Shown here one piece after another: positions 36,033 to 42,852 of a stretch of DNA of 49,454 bases (its first letter is position 1; every line of letters begins with the position of its first letter). Source of the DNA: a virus (lineage: Duplodnaviria; Caudoviricetes); the IMG/VR virus record IMGVR_UViG_3300036783_000353, positions 1 to 49,454 of that record. One strand, given 5' to 3'. The notes beneath the pieces were generated by a model that was given only the letters and a program-made list of their open reading frames with translations, did not search any database and had not been told where the DNA came from. The position numbers and the translations under genes were made by a program.

Positions 36033-37130
36033 TCAGACAAGCTTGAGATTTGGCCTTTTGCTTACAGATACAGCCCCCCCCCCTTCAAGCACAGCAACTT
36101 TAAACAAGAGGTTTGAAAGCTCATCTAAAGGTATGGACAGGATGCTAGCGAGTTTAGATAGATCGATGTCATCAGACTTCAACGCCGCCAATAACTTATC
36201 TATGATGAGCGAACGCTCTCGAGGGATCCCGTTAATTTCAGCTTTACGCAATCCCTTTTTCGTTGCTTCAACCATGAGTGTTCTGTATTGCCATTCAGTC
36301 AACATACCGACATTTTTCATCCTCACGATGAGAGCTACTGAGGATACTCGCCAGTTTTCTTTAATAGAGATAATCCCATCCAAAGTAGGAAATGGCATTT
36401 TGATCCCGAGAACACTTCTGCGCGGCATTAGAAATGCAGAAGCAAAATTGTCAGCCTCATCTTCAAGATCTTTACCTTGAGGAGAACCATGTCTATGCAT
36501 TACTAAATGACCAAGCTCATGTGCAGCATCAAATCGACTGCGTTCACCACTTTTCTGAGTGTTCAGAAAAATGTAAGGGGTCTCATTTTTCCAGAAGGAA
36601 AATGCATCTACATCAAGCGTGTTTTCCGATAACGAAAATACTCGAACACCGTTTGCTTCGAGGAGGTGTATAAGATTGTCGATACTTTTTACACCCAAGC
36701 CCCATCTCTCACGTACAGCTTCTGCGGCAGCCTCGGGTTCATAACCTCTTAAATTGGGAACATTGCAATTTGGTAAATTGAATGATTCCTCAAAAAAAGC
36801 ATTAACCATAACGCCCAGACTACCAGCAGCTTCTGCAGCATGCTGATCCGCTGCCTTCATACTTTTTAAAGAACGGAAAGAAACCGTTGAAGGATCGACA
36901 AATTCAACATCACTACCGCATAAGAAACTCGCTGGATAACCTAGAGTTTCTGCTAATAATTCAATAGTTTGTGGAGTTGCCGTAAACAAACAATCTGCCT
37001 TTTCATACTCGGCAACTGATTTAGATGACAACCCAGAAGCCGAAGCCAAAGAGCTAAATGTCATCTTTCTTCGTAACCTAGCGACTTTGAGTCTGTCTGG
37101 GTTCAGTTGCATATTTTGCATATCTTTCAT
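36033..37130 (-). CDS. XRE-HTH + ImmA/IrrE peptidase fusion (COG2856; RmrA-like antitoxin)
   Basis: RLKVARLRRKMT HTH, VSFRSL, RSRFDAAHELGHLVMH, EDEADNFASAFLMP; ATGA overlap with the upstream gene. Confidence 0.9.
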   Translation of the reverse strand: MKDMQNMQLNPDRLKVARLRRKMTFSSLASASGLSSKSVAEYEKADCLFTATPQTIELLAETLGYPASFLCGSDVEFVDPSTVSFRSLKSMKAADQHAAEAAGSLGVMVNAFFEESFNLPNCNVPNLRGYEPEAAAEAVRERWGLGVKSIDNLIHLLEANGVRVFSLSENTLDVDAFSFWKNETPYIFLNTQKSGERSRFDAAHELGHLVMHRHGSPQGKDLEDEADNFASAFLMPRRSVLGIKMPFPTLDGIISIKENWRVSSVALIVRMKNVGMLTEWQYRTLMVEATKKGLRKAEINGIPRERSLIIDKLLAALKSDDIDLSKLASILSIPLDELSNLLFKVAVLEGGGAVSVSKRPNLKLV

Positions 37131-37795
37131 TTCCGAGATACGACGATATCGATCTCTTCATTAAACTCTTTTTCAGGTGTTTCAATGGCTGCGCTGAACG
37201 GCACTGCAGGTAAAATAATCCTTTCACTCCATGAAGATATTTTATTATGACCGTTAAACCCGCTCATCCCGCTAGGTTTTGATAGCTCACAACGCACTTC
37301 TTGAGCGACTTGATCGAAATAATAAAGAAAAACGAATGTCTGAGTTGAATCAATTGAAATTTGAACAGAACTATCCGGCTCTTCACTTTCTTGCGTTTCG
37401 ACTTCACCAAATAAATCCAAGTTTCTGGATATTACGTTTTCAGTCGCGCTACCTTTCGCGTTCTTGGTTTTAGGAAAACCTTCGATCAGACCAGTATCAC
37501 TATTGCCGCTGGTTGCAATTATACTGAGCCCCAGCTCAGAGTTGATTGTGTACTCGAGTCCAGAGTGAAAAGTGTAATTCCAACCCTTTAAACTCGACAG
37601 AACACTTTCCCTAAATGCAGCAACAACCTCTTCCCATGCCCGTGTCATAGCACTTGTACGAGGATGTAGCGGAGAGCTTCGACGACTTTCATAGATAGCT
37701 CGCGAAATTGCGAAAGTGAAATCTTCTACAGACAATCCCATAGATCCCAGCTTTTCTACCGAGTTCTGATCCTGAAAAATTTTTTGCGCTAACAT
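37127..37795 (-). CDS. Hypothetical protein coupled to HTH-IrrE (candidate toxin/effector)
   Basis: AT-rich 222 aa; PKTKNAKG.AT, VRCELSKP, WSERIILP; strong SD GGAGGTGA. Confidence 0.75.
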   Translation of the reverse strand: MLAQKIFQDQNSVEKLGSMGLSVEDFTFAISRAIYESRRSSPLHPRTSAMTRAWEEVVAAFRESVLSSLKGWNYTFHSGLEYTINSELGLSIIATSGNSDTGLIEGFPKTKNAKGSATENVISRNLDLFGEVETQESEEPDSSVQISIDSTQTFVFLYYFDQVAQEVRCELSKPSGMSGFNGHNKISSWSERIILPAVPFSAAIETPEKEFNEEIDIVVSRK

Positions 37796-37808
37796 ATCAC
37801 CTCCCCAT

Positions 37809-37856
37809 TCACTTCCGATAATTACACCTCAAATGAGGAGGGAAAACAAGAAGTGA
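37809..37856 (-). promoter_or_regulatory. Promoter with co-centred nested inverted repeats (probable operator)
   Basis: TTGTTT-17-TGTAAT on the minus strand; CCTCA-AA-TGAGG (37827-37838) and TCACTTC/GAAGTGA (37809-37815, 37850-37856) share one symmetry centre. Confidence 0.65.
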
Positions 37857-37951
37857 GACACAAAAACTTGTTCAAAACTCGATAATTATTTTTTGTCTAA
37901 CGTTCAGTCACTATCCAAAACCATCACCTGCCATATATTTTTTTTCATTCT

Positions 37952-38551
37952 TCATCCTGTGCCTCCTCTCTCATAGATATCGATAACGCGAGCTGGGTTC
38001 AGCGCCACTACAGGCGACTCACATTGATTTCCCCATACGTCGAATCCGTGGGATGACCGGCGCGCGAATAGCTCAATGCGCGGCACATCGCCCAGCAGCT
38101 TCACTAGCATTTCGCGGACGTAATCTGGTTTGCGGGAATGCTCCTGCCGTGGCGCGCTGAAATGCTGGATGATCGACGCGTTCTGGCGCGGAGGGCGTTT
38201 GCCACTGACCGCAAACAGCACATCTTCGGAATTAGCGCGGGTCAGATGCCCCATACCCATCGCGGACTTTTCCGGCTGGTGCAGGCAGGTTTTATGCCAG
38301 GTGAAGCCCTTCATGGTGATCAATTTAAATCCCCAGGCTTCGACGACCTTCAACGCCTCGAGCGGTTGAGTCGGTACCCACCACATCGCCAGCAAGCAGC
38401 TTTCGGCTGCCAGCTCCCACACAGGAAGGCGGCAGATCTCCTGCACTTTCATGGTCGGATATTTGAACTCGGCCCCGCGCTTTCCTGAGTTGCATTTGTC
38501 CTCGTAAGCCCACGGAGGATCTGCGTAAATCAGCGTGTATTTTTTATTCAT
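37952..38551 (-). CDS. MT-A70 family adenine methyltransferase
   Basis: LIYADPPW, EAWGF, GMGHLTRANSE, HSRKP, RIELFAR, WGNQ. Confidence 0.95.
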   Translation of the reverse strand: MNKKYTLIYADPPWAYEDKCNSGKRGAEFKYPTMKVQEICRLPVWELAAESCLLAMWWVPTQPLEALKVVEAWGFKLITMKGFTWHKTCLHQPEKSAMGMGHLTRANSEDVLFAVSGKRPPRQNASIIQHFSAPRQEHSRKPDYVREMLVKLLGDVPRIELFARRSSHGFDVWGNQCESPVVALNPARVIDIYERGGTG

Positions 38552-38557
38552 GCTTCC

Positions 38558-39307
38558 CTACTTAACGATTCGGAGGTGGCTCACGTTTTTGCGGTAGCTC
38601 CCCCAGTCAAAATTCACCCAAATGCCGCCGTCCATTGTCAGACGGTCCATGATTCGCACCCCGAGGACGCGCTCGAGATCCGTGTGGTTAAGGTTCGTTA
38701 AAACGCCCACCGGCTTCATGCTCGCCAGGCGGCGATCGATCAGCTGATTCAGAATGACCAACTCGCCGCGGGATTCTCGCTGCACCCCAACTTCATCAAG
38801 GATCAGCAGGTCCACTGCGCACAGGTCGTTAAGCAGCGTAGCCTCGCTTCCGCCGCTGTCGTAGCACGAGCGCACTCTCAGCATCAGATCCGGGATAGTC
38901 ACCACCAGCACGCTCTTGCCCTGCTTCAAAATGTGGTTCCCGATAGCCGCGGCCAGATGGTTTTTACCTGTACCCGGACTCCCGGAAAAAATAAAACTGC
39001 CGAATCCGGTACCGAAGTTCTGAGCAAAGCTTTTCGCCATTGTGTACGCCTTGCGCTGCCCGTCGTCGTGTACCTGGTAATTTGCGAAAGTGCAGTTGCG
39101 GTGCAGCTCCTGAATACCAGTGCGACCGAGGATTTTCTCGGCGCGCGCCTGCCGGTTCTGCTCGTTGACCTCTGCAGCGCGTTTGCGCCCTTCCGCCTCC
39201 TGCCAGATCCGCCATTCGTCCGCGCTGGCGAACTTTGGCGTTACGCCTGCAGGGATTATTTTTTTCAGTCGCTCGAGCGCGTTGCCTGGTGCTGAGATAT
39301 TTTTCAC
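38558..39307 (-). CDS. DnaC-like helicase loader
   Basis: Walker A GSPGTGKNHL, Walker B LLILDEVG, LTNL, RIMDRL, F.W.SYR. Confidence 0.95.
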   Translation of the reverse strand: MKNISAPGNALERLKKIIPAGVTPKFASADEWRIWQEAEGRKRAAEVNEQNRQARAEKILGRTGIQELHRNCTFANYQVHDDGQRKAYTMAKSFAQNFGTGFGSFIFSGSPGTGKNHLAAAIGNHILKQGKSVLVVTIPDLMLRVRSCYDSGGSEATLLNDLCAVDLLILDEVGVQRESRGELVILNQLIDRRLASMKPVGVLTNLNHTDLERVLGVRIMDRLTMDGGIWVNFDWGSYRKNVSHLRIVK

Positions 39308-39309
39308 GC

Positions 39310-40194
39310 CTACCCCCTGAACCCGTTCGGGATCGCTTTCTGTGGTGTTGAAACCACGTTGACGCTTCCCGTTGTGTTGGCTGGTGGTGTCCAGGCCTCG
39401 GCGTAATGCCCAGCCGGGCCGAAGAACGTAGCCGCCTGTTTCACGTATTCGGTGTTGAGTTTTCCGGTAGCCGTTACGAATTCCGCGTAACGCTGCACAC
39501 CGTCGAAAATATCCTGCTGAGTAACGCCAGATTTAACTCGAGCGTTCCAGGCTTTGAAGGCATCGCCTTTGCTGTTGCCGCCAGCACGCTTCGGATAAAT
39601 TGCCCAGACCTCTTCGAACTCGAGCGGGTAATTATTTTTTTTCGCTACTGGCGGATCTTTCTGAGGTGATTCCTCGTCTGGGGGTGTGGCTCCGCCATGC
39701 CCCGATTTATTACTTTCCTGTTCCTGATCCTGTTCCTGATCCTGTTCCTGATTAAGGAACGGTTGTATAACCCTTTCCGAACCCTTTAATTTCTCGGGCT
39801 CAATATGGGCAATAGCACCAGCAAGAATCCGCGCCAGCTCTGGCTTTAAGCTGGTGTTGTCCGGTACCTGAGAAAACAAGCGCAGAGCAGAGATCCCCTG
39901 ATTCGGGTTCTCGATGGAATTCCACGTCATAAAGTTACGAATCAATACCCATTTAGACGTCGAATCCCGGGTTGCGAAACCGTTTAGCGATAGATCATCA
40001 AACCCTTTTGAAACCCTTTCGAAAGGCCAGCCTAAGTCTTCCGAAACATACCCATCAGGCAGACGGAAACACCCAATCATGTTGGTGTGCTGCCCGGTCA
40101 GCAGGTACAAAGCCAGCAATCGTGCATCGTCAGAAACCTGACGCATTCCATCGCTAATCCAAAATGATGTGTGCACTTTGCCGTAATCACGCAT
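39310..40194 (-). CDS. Phage replication initiator (O-like)
   Basis: Start MRDYGKVHTSFW; LLALYLLT; EQDQEQDQEQE linker; FEEVWAIYPKR...AFKAW C-domain; upstream of the loader. Confidence 0.9.
   Translation of the reverse strand: MRDYGKVHTSFWISDGMRQVSDDARLLALYLLTGQHTNMIGCFRLPDGYVSEDLGWPFERVSKGFDDLSLNGFATRDSTSKWVLIRNFMTWNSIENPNQGISALRLFSQVPDNTSLKPELARILAGAIAHIEPEKLKGSERVIQPFLNQEQDQEQDQEQESNKSGHGGATPPDEESPQKDPPVAKKNNYPLEFEEVWAIYPKRAGGNSKGDAFKAWNARVKSGVTQQDIFDGVQRYAEFVTATGKLNTEYVKQAATFFGPAGHYAEAWTPPANTTGSVNVVSTPQKAIPNGFRG
39758..40019. repeat. Probable origin iterons (AACCCTTT) inside the initiator gene
   Basis: AACCCTTT at 39769, 39780, 40001 and 40012 (11-bp pairs); variants at 39758 and 39978. 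Confidence 0.6.
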
Positions 40195-40675
40195 AACTAC
40201 TCCGGTATACTTCTCGCGCCTCGTAGCGCAGCAAGCGTTCAAGAGCTGAACGAATTGCAATGAAGGCCACGATGGCTTCGTTAATTTCTACGAGTGCCGA
40301 CGCTGGCGCCGCGCCGAGATTCACGGCGTTTATCGCCTCGATCCCCTCTTTCGCGGCCACAGCTGCGAGCAATACGGGATCACCAGGAGAAACCAGTCGC
40401 GCCCGGCGTTCTGCAGGCAGAGCCGATAGCGCTGCTGCTTTCAACTCTTCGGCCTGAGGCGCATAACGTGGACCATCACACCCCCGGAAAATCCGCTTAA
40501 CGCGCTGGGTGGCGTTCGCCAAGCCTTTCTCGCTGTCTGCCAGCGGCAGCGCATTGCCCCCGCCGCTGGCGTGATACTGCTCCGCAACTGCGCCGCCGAC
40601 CGTCTTCCAGCCGTCAATCAACGCCCATGACTCCAGCTCGGCGGCAACCGCATCAATCGGAGGACTGATTTTCAT
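40187..40675 (-). CDS. YdaT/CII-like regulator
   Basis: ELESWALIDGWKTV...VAEQY, QRVKRIFR, ALPAERRARL; downstream of cro. Confidence 0.75.
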   Translation of the reverse strand: MKISPPIDAVAAELESWALIDGWKTVGGAVAEQYHASGGGNALPLADSEKGLANATQRVKRIFRGCDGPRYAPQAEELKAAALSALPAERRARLVSPGDPVLLAAVAAKEGIEAINAVNLGAAPASALVEINEAIVAFIAIRSALERLLRYEAREVYRSSYA

Positions 40676-40886
40676 GATTCAGTTCCCCTTCGCGCTTTGC
40701 CTTAGCATGGCGATCGTAAATTTCAGGGTCGTATTTCAGAAGACCTTGTGATGCAGCCTGAAGACGACCAGCCCGGCCCTCAGGTACGAGTTCACCCCAT
40801 TTGTAAACAGAGGGAGTCCTCACCCCTGCGGCTAAAGCCAGTTTTGTTTTGCTTCCGAAGTATTCGAGAGCTTCTTTGGTAAACAT
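40653..40886 (-). CDS. dicC: DicC-like Cro repressor
   Basis: FGSKTKLA.AAGVR..SV..WGELVPEGRA.RLQ.AS.G.L.YDP..YD closely matches the recalled Qin DicC. Confidence 0.85.
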   Translation of the reverse strand: MFTKEALEYFGSKTKLALAAGVRTPSVYKWGELVPEGRAGRLQAASQGLLKYDPEIYDRHAKAKREGELNHENQSSD

Positions 40887-40901
40887 AAATGATCCCTTTT
40901 A

Positions 40902-40966
40902 ATTAGCTATGGCTAATAACATATATGCAAGCCATAACTTGATCAAGTGATATTAGTATTAGCTAA
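40902..40966. promoter_or_regulatory. OR: three 14-bp operators plus pR
   Basis: TTAGCTATGGCTAA (40903), CAAGCCATAACTTG (40928), TTAGTATTAGCTAA (40953), spaced exactly 25 bp; minus-strand TTGATC-17-TATGTT. Confidence 0.8.
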
Positions 40967-40968
40967 CT

Positions 40969-41376
40969 ATGACGATGAAAAACTTATCTATCGGAGAGCG
41001 CATCAGAGCGCGCCGTAAAGACTTAAAACAAACTCAAAAATCCCTGGCAAAAACTCTCCAACTTTCTGATGTTTCTGTGTCGCAATGGGAAAGGGACGAT
41101 AGCGAGCCAACAGGGAAGAACCTATTCGCTCTCGCAAAGGCCCTCAAGTGTTCCCCGACATGGATCCTGTTTGGTGATGAAGATAAAACACCTGATGACT
41201 CTGCAGTAACCCAGCCAGAATTGGATGATCAAAAGCTGGAACTCATTGAGCTTTACGATGCCCTAACGACTACAGAACAGGCAGCTTTGATCGAAGAATT
41301 ACGCGCCCGAGTTGAAAACGCGAATAAATTGTTCGAAGAATTGTTAGAAGCACGGAAACGCTCACGCAAAAAATAA
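40969..41376 (+). CDS. dicA: DicA-like prophage repressor (no S24 peptidase domain)
   Basis: KNL.IGERIR.RRK.LK.TQ.SLAK.L..S.VSVSQWER.DSEPTGKNLFAL...CSPTWILFGDEDK...RARV.N.NKLFEELL.AR matches the recalled Qin DicA along its length. Confidence 0.9.
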   Translation: MTMKNLSIGERIRARRKDLKQTQKSLAKTLQLSDVSVSQWERDDSEPTGKNLFALAKALKCSPTWILFGDEDKTPDDSAVTQPELDDQKLELIELYDALTTTEQAALIEELRARVENANKLFEELLEARKRSRKK

Positions 41377-41419
41377 CTCTATTCCCTTCAATGCGTTATC
41401 TCATTTTTGGCTTTTAAAT

Positions 41420-41470
41420 CGAGCTTTAACTAAGTTTTAGCTTGATCTAATCATTAGCCATAGCTAATCT
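41420..41470 (+). promoter_or_regulatory. OL operators and pL
   Basis: TTGATC(41442)-17-TAATCT(41465); ATTAGCCATAGCTAAT (41453-41468) is the exact reverse complement of 40902-40917; weaker sites at 41420 and 41431. Confidence 0.85.
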
Positions 41471-41556
41471 AAGCCCATCAACAGCAATCACCGCACAGTG
41501 ATTACTCAGCAAAAAGTTCCGTTAGCCGCGATAAGGCCACGATGGGAGAAGTGAAG

Positions 41557-41891
41557 ATGGGAAAAGCACTCGAGCAGTTTAAGCAGATTGCACCGCATAT
41601 CCTGGGCAATGTGAAAGCACGCCTGACCGGAAGCGAAAGCGATGAAGCAAAGCTGCAGATCATCCACGAAGAAATCGTGAAATATTTCGCAGGTTGGCAG
41701 AGCTTCTTTAAGCAGTATCTCTGCTTCAACGACAACCAGCGCCGGGATTTCGCCGAGCTGATGTACGACATGGTGTTGCCACTGGCGCAGAACCGCGAAG
41801 CCCCACTGAATCCGGTTTACGAGAAATTCGTAAAAGAGACCGGACAGACCGGCGCACTTAATTTCATCTGCCACCAGATTGGATAAGCTGA
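41557..41891 (+). CDS. Hypothetical early protein (first pL gene; the ORF track gives 41542..41886, so ends are approximate)
   Basis: MGKALEQFKQ... follows a GGAGA SD. Confidence 0.55.
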
Positions 41892-41899
41892 GGTGCAAA

Positions 41900-42094
41900 A
41901 TGCAAATAACTCAGAATTTCATTCTCGCTGATGTAAAACCCGGAATGCTGGTTAGTCATAATGGTAAAACTTATCGGGCCTCAGCGAATACCAACGGGAA
42001 GTTATATTTATTTAATCTCACGGAGCGCAAACGCATCACGGATGAATTCGTGAAAGTATTTTTAAATGCACGAAATGAACCAGCAGTAAATTAA
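41900..42094 (+). CDS. Small hypothetical early protein
   Basis: Likely start MQITQN after GAGGTG; PGMLV.H.GKTYRASAN..GKLYL pattern seen in enterobacterial prophages. Confidence 0.7.
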   Translation: MQITQNFILADVKPGMLVSHNGKTYRASANTNGKLYLFNLTERKRITDEFVKVFLNARNEPAVN

Positions 42095-42163
42095 CTCAGT
42101 AGTTTTTTAATTAATGCCCTTCCGGGCAGAGACTTTATCAACCAAAATTCAGGAGCAAATAAT

Positions 42164-42502
42164 ATGAAACCTTCATTCACCGTTAATTTCGATGTTCAAT
42201 GTATTTTCAAATCTGCAGAATGTGAAGTATCACAGGTATTAATTAACCAGCAGTGTATCGGTTATATAGCTGAGAACATCAACCTTGAATCACCTTCGGC
42301 TCAACCTGTTGTAACTACGTTCACCGAAGCTGGCGAACTGGCAGAACTTCACTGTGTAGGTTGTGCTGCTGAACATCTTTTCGCAACTCATACCGGCCTC
42401 CCGGCAAGCGTCATCGGGATTACAACTGATGGGCAAAGCCGCACACCACTGGCAGCGCTACTTATGGCGGATGTACTGAGCGCAGCTTTAAACCGTCGCT
42501 AA
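42164..42502 (+). CDS. Hypothetical protein
   Basis: SD AGGAG; HCVGC motif. Confidence 0.7.
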   Translation: MKPSFTVNFDVQCIFKSAECEVSQVLINQQCIGYIAENINLESPSAQPVVTTFTEAGELAELHCVGCAAEHLFATHTGLPASVIGITTDGQSRTPLAALLMADVLSAALNRR

Positions 42503-42516
42503 CCTGCCAGTAACTA

Positions 42517-42537
42517 ATGCCCCTGCGGGGGCATTTA
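42517..42537 (+). terminator. Hairpin, possible terminator
   Basis: AATGCCCC-TGC-GGGGCATT-type stem with a short T tract. Confidence 0.5.
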
Positions 42538-42588
42538 TCAACATGAGGATTTATCGAAGTCCTCAATTTGATAAATGGAGAGTAAGCA

Positions 42589-42852
42589 GTGGATATCACG
42601 CTCGCATTTAAAAAGTTAACTCTCGTCAATGGCGACGAAATAACTTTAAGCATCGCACCAAACGCAATGAAAAAAATGATTATGGATTTAGTGGCGAACG
42701 GTTATTTAACCACTGAGGAATTAATCATCCTTTCAATTGGTCAGTTGAAATTATGTGATCAGCAACATCTTGATCTTGTTTTACCCGAAAACGTTTTAAA
42801 GAAATTAAACACAACTTTCGATTCCGTGAAAAATGGAGAAAATCATGAATGA
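42589..42852 (+). CDS. Hypothetical protein
   Basis: GTG start after GGAGAG; overlaps the next gene. Confidence 0.65.
   Translation: MDITLAFKKLTLVNGDEITLSIAPNAMKKMIMDLVANGYLTTEELIILSIGQLKLCDQQHLDLVLPENVLKKLNTTFDSVKNGENHE

Noticed and set aside
31340-38551. Restriction-modification system
   Set aside because: Both methyltransferases are orphan phage types with no recognisable cognate endonuclease next to them.
39714-39752. 12-bp tandem repeat as a CRISPR or contingency locus
   Set aside because: In-frame repeat encoding the EQDQEQ linker typical of phage initiators; no spacers and no cas genes.
41470-42845. dicF sRNA / dicB / kil in the pL operon
   Set aside because: Expected from Qin synteny, but no recognisable match to the DicF or DicB sequences.
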